Assembly: GCA_963718915.1 (NCBI GenBank)
Contig: CAVRAI010000004.1
Coordinates: 420,001 to 452,000 of the forward strand
DNA: 32,000 nucleotides
Direction of reading: 5' to 3'
DNA from: an uncultured Chloroflexia bacterium
Lineage (GTDB): Bacteria > Chloroflexota > Ktedonobacteria > Ktedonobacterales > JADMIN01
Of the stretch, positions 8,656-17,319 are shown in pieces (the stretch's first letter is position 1; each line of letters begins with the position of its first letter). The position numbers and the translations under genes were made by a program. The notes under the pieces are model-generated. The model did not search any database. It saw only the letters and a list, made by a program, of their open reading frames with translations, and was not told where the DNA came from.

Positions 8656-9351
8656 ATGCCGACGGTTCAGGTCGACGACATCCAGATGTATTACGAGCTA
8701 CGCGGCGAAGGTCAGCCGTTAGTGTTGATCCTTGGCATGGCGATTGACGTATCCGAGGTCGAGCCGATCATCCGCTGGTTTGCCGAGAGATACCGCGTGC
8801 TGGCGTTCGATAATCGCGGCGCGGGCCGCACCGATAAACCTGATATCCCATATACCATCGAGATGATGGCGAACGACACTATTGGACTCATGGACGCGGT
8901 GGGCATCGAGCGCGCACACGTCCTCGGCATCTCACTGGGCGGGCGTATCGCGCTGGCGCTGACACTCGCGCATCCGGAGTGTGTCGAGAAGCTGGCGCTC
9001 GTCTCCACCTCCGCGCGAGTTCTCCCGCGAAGCTGGCGGTTCCACGCGCTCGGTCTCCTGTCCAGCGTGCCGATGTTTCAGGGTAAGTACCCACAGCCGC
9101 GCTATGCCTTCGTGCGCCAGCGTGACGCATCCACCCTGTTTAACTGCACCGCCAGGCTATCTGAAATACAGGCGCCCACGCTCATCATGCACGGAAGGAA
9201 CGACAGAACCGCGCCGTTCGCGCTGGCTGAGGAGATGCAGCGCGGCATACGCGGCTCGAAGCTGCTCCCCTTCGCGGGCGGCCATCTCTTCTTTCTGATG
9301 CGCGAGCGCCAGCGCTTCCTCGACGCCACCGCCGATTTTCTGGGACGCTGA
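8656..9351 (+). CDS. Alpha/beta hydrolase
   Basis: MPTVQVDDIQMYYELRGEGQPLVLILG, nucleophile elbow GISLGG. ATG 8656 has GGAG 6-7 nt upstream; alternatives are 8644 and 8578. Confidence 0.85.
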   Translation: MPTVQVDDIQMYYELRGEGQPLVLILGMAIDVSEVEPIIRWFAERYRVLAFDNRGAGRTDKPDIPYTIEMMANDTIGLMDAVGIERAHVLGISLGGRIALALTLAHPECVEKLALVSTSARVLPRSWRFHALGLLSSVPMFQGKYPQPRYAFVRQRDASTLFNCTARLSEIQAPTLIMHGRNDRTAPFALAEEMQRGIRGSKLLPFAGGHLFFLMRERQRFLDATADFLGR

Positions 9352-9371
9352 AACAACGGCCCTTTGTCCTG

Positions 9372-9644
9372 TTATCCCCGTGCCAAGGACGTCTTCCGAG
9401 AACGCACGAACAGCACGGCAAGGCATGCGATGAAGACCCAGATGAAGAAGAGCGGCGGCGCCACAAACACGCTCACGACGGACGGCGAGAAAAAGCCATC
9501 CTGGGCAAACGCTCCAGCGGCGACGAGGTGCGCCGGTGCGTTGATGGGTGGCAAGTCAGCGATGAACATGTCTCCCAGCGCGTACAGGATAACGCTTGTG
9601 ATGCCAGCAAGCGCGGTGAGTCGTCTCAGCGATACATCTGTCAT
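9372..9644 (-). CDS. Small hypothetical membrane protein (90 aa)
   Basis: AGAGG SD and 2-3 hydrophobic spans. Lies downstream of, and co-oriented with, the SnoaL-like gene. Confidence 0.45.
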   Translation of the reverse strand: MTDVSLRRLTALAGITSVILYALGDMFIADLPPINAPAHLVAAGAFAQDGFFSPSVVSVFVAPPLFFIWVFIACLAVLFVRSRKTSLARG

Positions 9645-9684
9645 GACGAACCTCTGGGTTGGAATATGCCGTCACTTCGGAGCG

Positions 9685-10131
9685 CTACGGTCGCCCCGGA
9701 AGCGGGATTATGCCTAACTGCAACATCATGGGGAGATCATCGCGCACTGCCCAGTGTTCGGCCAGTTTGCCACCCGCGACCCTGAACCAGTGTGTCTGCC
9801 ATCCGGCGAAATGTCTGCCAGTCGGCGGGATTGTACCGTTGAACGGGCCAAGATTTGTCCCCTCGGAGAAGACACGGCACGAGACCAGGTCTCCTTCGGC
9901 AATGGCCATTTCGACGCGCATCCGCATATCCGGAAACTGCGCGTGTAGCCACTCGGCGGCGCTCCGGGCGTGCTGTGGCCCCTGAACGCTACCCGGCTCC
10001 GACTGGCCAAACGGCGCGACGGCATGCTCGATATACTGCCCCTCCATGATCTCGTCGCACACCGCGTAGTTCTGCCTGGTGAGGATCTCTTCAAAGAATC
10101 GCTGAGCCAGGATCTTGTTCGCGTCAGACAT
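9685..10131 (-). CDS. SnoaL-like ester cyclase family protein
   Basis: ANKILAQRFFEEI...PPTGRHFAGWQTHWFRVAGGKLAEHWAVRDDLPMMLQLG is the typical ester-cyclase pattern; GGGGAG SD. Confidence 0.85.
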   Translation of the reverse strand: MSDANKILAQRFFEEILTRQNYAVCDEIMEGQYIEHAVAPFGQSEPGSVQGPQHARSAAEWLHAQFPDMRMRVEMAIAEGDLVSCRVFSEGTNLGPFNGTIPPTGRHFAGWQTHWFRVAGGKLAEHWAVRDDLPMMLQLGIIPLPGRP

Positions 10132-10204
10132 GACAATCTCCCCCGATGCTCACTATGGTGGGCATCGTGTGTGTTCTTGATATTTTTCCGGCCTGTAAAC
10201 CAAC

Positions 10205-11041
10205 TCACTCAACGTCAAGCTGGTGTTGAATCTCGGTGAGGTAGTCTGAAGGGTCACAGTGATGCATCGGCCCGCGATGATAAAGAAATCGCCACGTGCC
10301 GCTCAGGTGATAGCCGTTTTCTACCGCCCAGCGCTGGAGCAGCAGATATTTCTCGTTGAGCGTATCGTAGTCGCCCTGATGCATGTAGACTGCCGCCGTT
10401 TCGATGGCGGGCACTTCACGTAGGGTGAGGGTTCCAACATCACCGAGTGAGACGCTAGGAGTGTGTGTCGGGTCGACAGGCGCCGCCGTTTCGGTATCAA
10501 GATAGTCGCCACGAAACTCGTCCTCATAGAAGATGGAGACGGGCGCTCCGCCCGTCCAGCCGATATCGCCCCTCTTGACCGCCGACTCGATGCTGCGACC
10601 TACGACCTCACGCTCTTGCCGCGACCGAAATGTTCGTCGCAGCGTCAGCGCGGAGAATGGCTCGATACGTTTGACGACGATGTCTAATGTCGATGCGATA
10701 CCCTCCTGTTCAATCTGCCGCAGACGAAACTCCACCTGCGCCAACCGCGCCTGCTCCTCGCGTACCCGCTGGCGCAACTCAGCCTGCTTCAGCCGATACA
10801 TGCCCCGTATCTGATCTACTGTTAAATCTTCAGACAACAATTGGGCGATCTCATCCAGCGACAGACCTAATTCTTTCAGCGCGATAATCGTGTGCAGGCG
10901 TGGGAGCTGGTCGAGCGTGTAGTAGCGATAGTTGGTGAACGGGTCTGTCTGTGATGGTTTGAATAGCCCCACCTCGTCGTAGTGGTGCAGCGTTTTGACA
11001 GTTACCTGACTCAAACGCGAAAATTCGCCGACTTTGAGCAT
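10205..11041 (-). CDS. MerR family transcriptional regulator with GyrI-like effector-binding domain
   Basis: N-terminal MLKVGEFSRLSQVTVKTLHHYDEVGLFKP (MerR HTH), a coiled-coil linker, and a C-terminal GyrI-like half; GGGAGG SD. Confidence 0.9.
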   Translation of the reverse strand: MLKVGEFSRLSQVTVKTLHHYDEVGLFKPSQTDPFTNYRYYTLDQLPRLHTIIALKELGLSLDEIAQLLSEDLTVDQIRGMYRLKQAELRQRVREEQARLAQVEFRLRQIEQEGIASTLDIVVKRIEPFSALTLRRTFRSRQEREVVGRSIESAVKRGDIGWTGGAPVSIFYEDEFRGDYLDTETAAPVDPTHTPSVSLGDVGTLTLREVPAIETAAVYMHQGDYDTLNEKYLLLQRWAVENGYHLSGTWRFLYHRGPMHHCDPSDYLTEIQHQLDVE

Positions 11042-11086
11042 CGCTACCTCCCGTGACCATGTGTGGGGCCGCCTTCATGCATAAGT

Positions 11087-11114
11087 TTGCACCCTCCGGT
11101 TAGCGGAGGGTCAA
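11087..11114 (-). promoter_or_regulatory. Candidate MerR-type operator/promoter: TTGACC-N19-CAAACT with perfect 8-bp inverted repeat in the spacer
   Basis: ACCCTCCG (11091-11098) / CGGAGGGT (11104-11111). On the minus strand this reads TTGACCCTCCGCTAACCGGAGGGTGCAAACT, about 45 nt upstream of the merR ATG. The 19-nt spacer is the MerR-family signature. Confidence 0.45.
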
Positions 11115-11188
11115 GGGGGTATGCGGAGATTGGGTGAAAGTCGGGCAAAAGTCAGGTGACAGCGATGCCCAGCAAGGCGTAGCCCCGA

Positions 11189-12238
11189 CTATTTTGTCGT
11201 GTCGATGACGATTTTGCCGAAGACCTCGCGCTCTTCAAGCAGGCGTTGCGCCTCGGCAATCGATTCCAGCGGCAGCGTCCGGGCGATCACCGGGTGGAGC
11301 TGGCCATTCGCCACCAGTCGCAGTACCGTGGCGAGATCGGTGCGCGTGCCACCGTAGGAGCCAATCAGCTTCAGCTCTTTGGCAAAGAGCGTCCAGATGT
11401 TGGTCGTGCCCTCGTTGCCGGTCGTCGCGCCACAGGTGACCAGCCGCCCCTCGCGCGCGAGACACGTAATGCTCGCGGCCCAGGTTGCCGCGCCGATATG
11501 CTCCACGACCACCGAGACGCCGCGTTTGCTCGTCAGCTTGCGCACCTCCTGCGCGAAATCAAGCTCGTTGTAGTTGATGACATTGTCCGCGCCGAGTCGT
11601 TGCGCGTGCTCCATCTTCTCACGGCTACCCACCGTTGCGATGACTCGCGCTCCCGCCAGCTTCGCGATCTGAATCGCCGCGCTGCCCACGCCACTGCCAC
11701 CCGCCTGCACCAGCACAGTCTCGCCCGGCTGGACCTTTGCTCGCACGATGAGCATGCGCCAGGCGGTAATCATTGCCAGGCCCACCGCCGCGGCAGAGGC
11801 CGCGCTCACTCCGTCTGGCGCCGGGACGAGGCTCGACGCGGGCACAACGACGTATTCGGCGAACGCGCCCTGGCTCGCCAGCCCAAGGATGTCGCCGCGG
11901 ATGCACATCGTCTCCTCGCCCGCGAGGCAGAACTCACACTGCCCGCAGAAGAGATATGGCGCTATGGCGGCAAGACTGCCCACAGACACTGGCTCCGTCG
12001 CGACACCCGGCCCATAGGCCACGACCTCGCCCGCCGCCTCAGAGCCGGAGGTGTGGGGCAGCTTGACGGGCGTTCGGCCGGTGCGGGCGTAGATATCCAG
12101 CCGGTTGACGCCACATGCCAACACGCGCACCAGCGCCTGTCCGTTGCCGGGCTGCGGGCGCGGCAAATCGCCAAATCGCAGCACATCCGTGCCGCCGGTC
12201 TCTTCGAAGAAAACACCCTTCATGGTATCCGCTGTCAT
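11189..12238 (-). CDS. Zinc-type alcohol dehydrogenase / NADPH:quinone oxidoreductase (MDR superfamily)
   Basis: MKGVFFEETGGTDVLRFGDLPRPQP and the Rossmann motif VLVQAGGSGVGSAAIQIAK. Start is 12238 or 12223 rather than track start 12286. Confidence 0.9.
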   Translation of the reverse strand: MTADTMKGVFFEETGGTDVLRFGDLPRPQPGNGQALVRVLACGVNRLDIYARTGRTPVKLPHTSGSEAAGEVVAYGPGVATEPVSVGSLAAIAPYLFCGQCEFCLAGEETMCIRGDILGLASQGAFAEYVVVPASSLVPAPDGVSAASAAAVGLAMITAWRMLIVRAKVQPGETVLVQAGGSGVGSAAIQIAKLAGARVIATVGSREKMEHAQRLGADNVINYNELDFAQEVRKLTSKRGVSVVVEHIGAATWAASITCLAREGRLVTCGATTGNEGTTNIWTLFAKELKLIGSYGGTRTDLATVLRLVANGQLHPVIARTLPLESIAEAQRLLEEREVFGKIVIDTTK

Positions 12239-12475
12239 GTGGCAGGCATCCTTTTCCGCAACGCAAGATGTCGCGACTAGCCCCAACGTCGGTACCTCGC
12301 GGTCACTTGACCAGAGTATACCGCGCCTGATGTCGTCTCTATTATGGCAGTGTCGAGCAATGAACGAGAGTCAGCCGATTTGACGCGCCTGAATCGTGCG
12401 GCGATAATGGGCGAACGAGAGGTAGCCCGTCACACCATGCGTGCGGCGGGTGATGCAGTGAAGGGAGCGCAGCTC

Positions 12476-13211
12476 ATGATGCGACAATTGCGCGGAACCG
12501 GATGGCGCGGGATTCGATGGAGCGCCATGCTGGGACTTGCCATACTGATGACGATAGGTATTCTGGCGGGATGTAGCGGGCCATCCGCGCCGACCTCCAC
12601 CATATTGCTCGCGGCGGCGCAGAAGACCTTCAACGACGCCAAGACATTTCACTTCACGCTGAAGGCCGATCACCTTGGCCCCAAGCCAGCGGGTGATCCT
12701 GGTCTAAGCAGTCTCTCGGCAGCTGATGGGGATGTGCAGCGGCCTGACCGGCTCAGCACCAACGGTACGGTTGATTTGGGCGGGCTTACCGTCTCCACGC
12801 AGTTGGTGATTATTGGCGATAAGGCATGGTATCAAAACCCATTGACAGGCTCGTTCGATGAGGATGACTCGTATGCCAGTTTCGTGACACTTTTTGACCC
12901 GACGAAGGGGCTGGGAGTGGCTCTGGCCGCGTTACGCAATCCCTCGACGCCCAGCGACGGCAGCGCCAATGGCACGCCCTGCTGGAAGATCAGCGGTGAC
13001 GTGGATACCGCCGCTTTGAGCGCGCTCCTTGGGGAGTGCCGCGGGATCCGCCAAGGCGCCTCACGCTACCGTCTGTATCGGCAAGAGCGACAACAAGCTT
13101 TATTCCATCGTGCTCGTCGGCCAGGTGATCGCGGGCGACACCGACCAGACAACGCGCACCATCTATATCTCGAAGTATGATGCGCCCGTAAATATTCAGC
13201 CGCCAGCCTAG
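12476..13211 (+). pseudogene. LprG/LppX (LppX_LprAFG)-like lipoprotein, frameshifted at a G4 run (13031-13034)
   Basis: AAGGGAG SD before ATG 12476; lipobox GILAG/C. Frame A runs to ...DTAALSALLG, then degenerates into an Arg-rich tail. Frame B (track ORF 13029..13211) gives SAAGSAKAPHATVCIGKSDNKLYSIVLVGQ...TIYISKYDAPVNIQPPA, the family-typical C-terminus. Frame B is closed upstream by TGA 13017-13019, so the shift lies within 13020-13040. Confidence 0.75.
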
Positions 13212-13252
13212 GCGAGCGAAACTGCGGCGTGTGGGCGAGAGGAGCAGCGCGA

Positions 13253-14947
13253 GTGGCGAAAGTAGTCGGAGAAAGCGGCGTAGCGAGTGTGGATGATCCG
13301 CTCAAGCAGCGTGACGGAACACTTTCGACGCTTGGCTATCTGGCGCTGGGTGTTGTCTGCGTCGCGGTATTTCTGACGGCGCTCGATCAGACGGTAGTGG
13401 TGACCGCCCTTGACGCAATGCGCTTAGATGTCGGAGTACCGATTACACAACCTGACCGCATTGCATGGATCGTCAGCGGCTACCTGCTGGGCTACGTGAT
13501 CGCCATGCCATTGATGGGCCGCATCAGCGACATCTTTGGGCGTCGGCGTGTCTTCATGATCTGCCTGGTGATCTTCGGCCTGGGTTCACTGACTTGTGCG
13601 CTCGCGCCACAGCTCGGCAGTTCGATTGCGCCAGACACCACCACACTCGGCGGCGCGCTTTTGACGCCGCTCTACAACGCGGTGCAGGCGATAGTCACTC
13701 CCTTGGGGCAATTGGGGATAGACACGTCAGCGCCGGGCCTCGACATTCTGGTGGCGGCACGCTTTATCCAGGCGATTGGTGGCGGCGCGCTCGTCCCGGT
13801 GGCGATGTCGGTGGCGAGCGATCTCTTTGGCGGTACCCGACGCGGGCTGGCGCTGGGACTGATTGGCGCGGTGACGGAGGCTGGTGGCGTGGTTGGCCCA
13901 GTCTGGGGTGGCTGGGTCACGTCCACCTTGGGCTGGACGTGGATTTTCTGGCTCAATCTGCCGCTGGTGGCGCTCTTGCTGGGCATTGGCGCGTTTTGCC
14001 TGCCGAGGGCGCGCGGCGCGCGTGAGCCGATAGATATTCTTGGCGCACTGATATTTGGCGCATCGCTGATATGTCTAACCCTGGGACTCGGACAGCAAAG
14101 CGGTGGCACGGGTATACTCGATCCCAGGGCGCATAGTACATTTAATCCGCTGTTTCTAGGCGCCGCGGCAGTGCTCTTTGTCACCTTCGTCGTTTTGGAG
14201 TTAACCATTCGCTGGCCAATCGTAGACCTGCGGCTCTTCAAGCGCGTCGCGTTTAGCGCTGCGGCGCTGCTCAGTCTGATAATCGGCGCGGCTTTAATTC
14301 TTGCGCTGGTCGAGATCCCGCTATTCCTGGCATCTCTGCAAAATACGACGGCAATTGCCGCTGGGCTGGCGCTGCTACGGTTGACGGCGCTCGTGCCGGT
14401 GGGCGCGTTCGCGGGCGGGTGGCTCTCTGGCCGCATCAGCTGCCCGCTAACTGCCGCGATTGGGACGATGCTGACGGCGGCGGGTCTCTACCAGATGAGC
14501 CTCTGGCCGATCAACGTGGGTGAGCTTCAGGTGACGGCGGCGACGGTGACGGCGGGCCTCGGTTTCGGACTGGTGATCGCGCCGATCAGCACGAGCGCTC
14601 TTAACGCCAGTCCGGCGAGCCAGGCAGGTGTCGCATCGTCGGTAGTGACGGCGTTACGCATGACTGGGATGACCGTAGGCCTGGCTGCGATGGTTGCCTG
14701 GGGATTGGGTCATCTGCGGGCGTTACTGGCCCATCAGCCGTTGCCAGGGACGCCTGGTGGCCCAACCATCAGCGCCTACCTGACAAGCGTCACCCATGCG
14801 CTGCACCAGGTGTATAGTGACATGTTCCTGGTGACGGCTGTGCTTGCGCTCATCGGTGTGATCCCCGCGCTGCTGCTCTGGCGGCGTGGTAAAGGCGCGG
14901 CGGACAATGCGCCTGTCTACGAAAGCTATGTCGCCCCGCTGGGGTGA
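13253..14947 (+). CDS. MFS transporter, DHA2 (EmrB/QacA, 14-TMS) family
   Basis: ALDQTVVVTALDAM, GRISDIFGRRRVF, about 14 hydrophobic spans. GTG 13253 has GAGAGGAG 9 nt upstream (alternative 13229). It sits 41 nt after the lipoprotein gene. Confidence 0.85.
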   Translation: MAKVVGESGVASVDDPLKQRDGTLSTLGYLALGVVCVAVFLTALDQTVVVTALDAMRLDVGVPITQPDRIAWIVSGYLLGYVIAMPLMGRISDIFGRRRVFMICLVIFGLGSLTCALAPQLGSSIAPDTTTLGGALLTPLYNAVQAIVTPLGQLGIDTSAPGLDILVAARFIQAIGGGALVPVAMSVASDLFGGTRRGLALGLIGAVTEAGGVVGPVWGGWVTSTLGWTWIFWLNLPLVALLLGIGAFCLPRARGAREPIDILGALIFGASLICLTLGLGQQSGGTGILDPRAHSTFNPLFLGAAAVLFVTFVVLELTIRWPIVDLRLFKRVAFSAAALLSLIIGAALILALVEIPLFLASLQNTTAIAAGLALLRLTALVPVGAFAGGWLSGRISCPLTAAIGTMLTAAGLYQMSLWPINVGELQVTAATVTAGLGFGLVIAPISTSALNASPASQAGVASSVVTALRMTGMTVGLAAMVAWGLGHLRALLAHQPLPGTPGGPTISAYLTSVTHALHQVYSDMFLVTAVLALIGVIPALLLWRRGKGAADNAPVYESYVAPLG

Positions 14948-15861
14948 ATGCGCGAACCACTTACCCCACGAATTGCGGCATTGGAGGGACACCACTCATA
15001 GTCGGGAAGTTCTGCGCCGTGCGTACTTGTAGGTCGTGTGGTGTCACGTAGTACCAGCGGCCAGCGGCCATCGGCGCCTGGCACGCGCCACATTGGGTCA
15101 ATTGTGAGATCGCCGCCCTCCGTCCAGGCGTCCGCATTGCCAGTAATCGTGGCGAGATGGTCGGAGCTGTAGAAATAGACCAGTTCCGGCGACCTGCCCC
15201 CCATAAGCGAGATGTGGCGCGTCTGCCACACCAGTGAAGTGGCCTGTGTTGCGCTGAGGTATGGGAAGTGGTGAGACGTGTAGAACATATTGTTGCTCAC
15301 AGCCCCGAACGATCCCGCGCGCAGCCGGTGGTTGGGGCGGTCGTAGACGAATTCCAGCATGGCTGTTGGATATCCCACAGGGCCGACGACGGGAATAACC
15401 CATACGGTCGCCATAAGCGTCCCACTGGTATACGGTGTAACAAGAACTGGCTGACCGATTGCTCCTGTACCCAATGCTATCCCGATAGGGTCGTTGCTGT
15501 GCCTGGCGCTTTGGAACATCGCCGTACACTCAGCGGCGGCAAGCACATCGGCAGGCGATGCCGAAGGCAGCGGCGCCCATTCAATCGCTGGGCTAACGCA
15601 CACTGGCTGTCTGGAAGTCGCGCTCGTGGAAATTGTGGCATTCGCAGTGGCCCGAGCCGTAGAAAATACCGCTGGACTGGCGGCGCTGCTATGGGCTGCT
15701 GGGGTGGTCGCGTCTGAGGCGCCAACTGCCAGCCGGATCCCCATGAAGGCGATCCCCGATATCCCCAAAAGCAACAGGCAACCTATAATCACCGCGCGGC
15801 GCATATCTGTATTCCGTTCTCGCTTCATCTGTTGTCTACCAGTGTGATGAAGCGATGACAT
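14926..15861 (-). CDS. Hypothetical membrane-anchored/secreted protein
   Basis: 311-aa ORF with the N-terminal anchor MRRAVIIGCLLLLGISGIAFMG. The start is ambiguous (15861, 15828 or 15804). It overlaps the convergent MFS 3' end by 22 bp. Confidence 0.5.
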   Translation of the reverse strand: MSSLHHTGRQQMKRERNTDMRRAVIIGCLLLLGISGIAFMGIRLAVGASDATTPAAHSSAASPAVFSTARATANATISTSATSRQPVCVSPAIEWAPLPSASPADVLAAAECTAMFQSARHSNDPIGIALGTGAIGQPVLVTPYTSGTLMATVWVIPVVGPVGYPTAMLEFVYDRPNHRLRAGSFGAVSNNMFYTSHHFPYLSATQATSLVWQTRHISLMGGRSPELVYFYSSDHLATITGNADAWTEGGDLTIDPMWRVPGADGRWPLVLRDTTRPTSTHGAELPDYEWCPSNAAIRGVSGSRIHPSGAT

Positions 15862-15879
15862 GCGGGTGTTTTCGGTCAG

Positions 15880-16446
15880 TTACCATGAACCCTTGCGAAG
15901 CGCGGGAGCGCTCACCTCATAGCGGTACTCGTCGCTGACGGACCCCTTGAAGAAATCCGCGCCATGAGTTGTGGCAACGAGCGTAAAACCGAGTGCCTCG
16001 ACAAGCTGGATTGAGGCGGTATTGCGCGTATCTATCTCGGCGGCGACACGGCTCACGTGATAATCCTCGAACAGGTGGGCGAGCACGCGCGTGCAACTCT
16101 CCAGCGCATAGCCCTGTCGCCAGAATGGCACGAAGACCATGTAGGCGAGTAAAGCGGTGTGGTTCGCAAGCACGGTCGCCTGAATCGTGCCAACGTAGTC
16201 GCCCGTCGCGTGTTGGCGGAGCGCCCAGTTCAACCAGTCTTCCTGCCCGTCGGGCGAGCGACGGCTGGCGAGAGCCGAGAAGCGCGTTGTGAGCGCTTCC
16301 AGCGAGGATGGTGGATCCTGGGGAATGTAGGTGTACAGGTCGGGAGCCTGGTGCGCCTCGAATAGCGCCGTAGCATGGCCGACGACGAGCGGCTCCAGGA
16401 GCAGCCGTGGCGTCTCAAGTGTGCGTTCTGGGTCTATTCGCGGCAT
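15880..16446 (-). CDS. GNAT family N-acetyltransferase (RimJ/RimL-like), likely the real independent gene
   Basis: The internal ATG 16446 gives 188 aa: MPRIDPERTLETPRLLLEPL...WRQGYALESCTRVLAHLF...NTASIQLVEALGF. This is canonical in size and motifs for this family. Confidence 0.6.
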   Translation of the reverse strand: MPRIDPERTLETPRLLLEPLVVGHATALFEAHQAPDLYTYIPQDPPSSLEALTTRFSALASRRSPDGQEDWLNWALRQHATGDYVGTIQATVLANHTALLAYMVFVPFWRQGYALESCTRVLAHLFEDYHVSRVAAEIDTRNTASIQLVEALGFTLVATTHGADFFKGSVSDEYRYEVSAPALRKGSW

Positions 16447-17319
16447 AGTACCATTCTCGTCTCGAAGAGAGGCTGCGCATACGCAGCCATCCGCGCTGAG
16501 AATAGACAGTGAAGCCCGCTGAAGGATATCGCCAGCGGGCTTTGTGGCTGTGAATCCTTTTGACGTCAGGACACGCTGGCCGCGTAGATGCGTGACGTGG
16601 GTAAAGAGCGCCTCACCACTCGACGAGGTCGTCAGCGCGATCGTTGGGCTGGAGCTAATGTCCGCGCTTGCTTGATCCACGAACTGCCCGTTTGCGTAGA
16701 AGGCGACGGTATCCTGATCGGCGTTATAGAGTACCGCGATCTCATTGGGCACGAAGGCGTCGGCATGCCACGCGACCGTTGACCCGGAAGCCACCAGACC
16801 AGAGGGCTGGAAGTCACCTGCGGTAAATGAGGAATCACACGTGTCATGGCAAATCTGGTAATCACCCTGCTGCGTGATGATGACAAGCAACGAGTTGTCC
16901 AGCAGAATCCCGGCATCCTCCGAGGTTGGCACATCTGCCGCGGGCGCGAGCTGCGCATCGATAAGTACGCCGCCATCAAGCGTGGCGTCATTCCTCGGTT
17001 GGAACTTGCAGCTAGAGTCGCTCTCAATCGCCAGACCTTCCGAAGGGAAGTCACAGCCGACCGCGTTGTCCCAGGCGCCCGTCGTGTCGCCGGGATTCGC
17101 GCTATAGACCTGCTGCCAGCCCACGGGGACTTGCAGCTTCGGCGCGCTCGTGAGTTGCGGCGCAAAGACCGCAAGAGCTATAGCGGCGAGAGTCAGCACC
17201 GATGCGACGATGCCAAAAAAGAGGCCGAATCGCGACGGATGAACTGGTTGAGCAGGCGGCGCGGAATCAGGGACGGTTGGTGGCATTGCCGTTGGTGTGG
17301 TCATGGGTGGCGTCATCAT
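15880..17319 (-). CDS. 479-aa ORF: membrane-anchored LamG/DUF1080-like ectodomain reading in-frame into a complete GNAT acetyltransferase
   Basis: The N-terminal Pro-rich tail and TM FGLFFGIVASVLTLAAIALAVF are followed by a beta-rich domain ending GEALFTHVTHL. A roughly 45-aa low-quality linker spans two strong hairpins, then the GNAT module follows. The start overlaps the prsW-like stop (ATGA at 17316-17319). Confidence 0.6.
   Translation of the reverse strand: MMTPPMTTPTAMPPTVPDSAPPAQPVHPSRFGLFFGIVASVLTLAAIALAVFAPQLTSAPKLQVPVGWQQVYSANPGDTTGAWDNAVGCDFPSEGLAIESDSSCKFQPRNDATLDGGVLIDAQLAPAADVPTSEDAGILLDNSLLVIITQQGDYQICHDTCDSSFTAGDFQPSGLVASGSTVAWHADAFVPNEIAVLYNADQDTVAFYANGQFVDQASADISSSPTIALTTSSSGEALFTHVTHLRGQRVLTSKGFTATKPAGDILQRASLSILSADGCVCAASLRDENGTMPRIDPERTLETPRLLLEPLVVGHATALFEAHQAPDLYTYIPQDPPSSLEALTTRFSALASRRSPDGQEDWLNWALRQHATGDYVGTIQATVLANHTALLAYMVFVPFWRQGYALESCTRVLAHLFEDYHVSRVAAEIDTRNTASIQLVEALGFTLVATTHGADFFKGSVSDEYRYEVSAPALRKGSW
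16471..16542 (-). terminator. Two GC-rich hairpins inside the linker of the 479-aa ORF (intergenic-like)
   Basis: AAGCCCGCTG (16512-16521) / CAGCGGGCTT (16533-16542) form a 10-bp perfect stem. GGCTGCG (16471-16477) / CGCAGCC (16482-16488) form a 7-bp stem. There is no clean U-tract. Confidence 0.35.

Noticed and set aside
11091-11111. 8-bp-stem hairpin as a terminator of the oxidoreductase gene
   Set aside because: No U-tract follows on the minus strand. Its position inside a TTGACC-N19 spacer just upstream of merR fits an operator better. This is kept as an alternative.
11246-12280. 344-aa plus-strand ORF
   Set aside because: It is antisense to the well-supported MDR oxidoreductase. Its Arg/His/Ala-rich composition is typical of off-strand frames in high-GC DNA, and it has no recognisable motifs.
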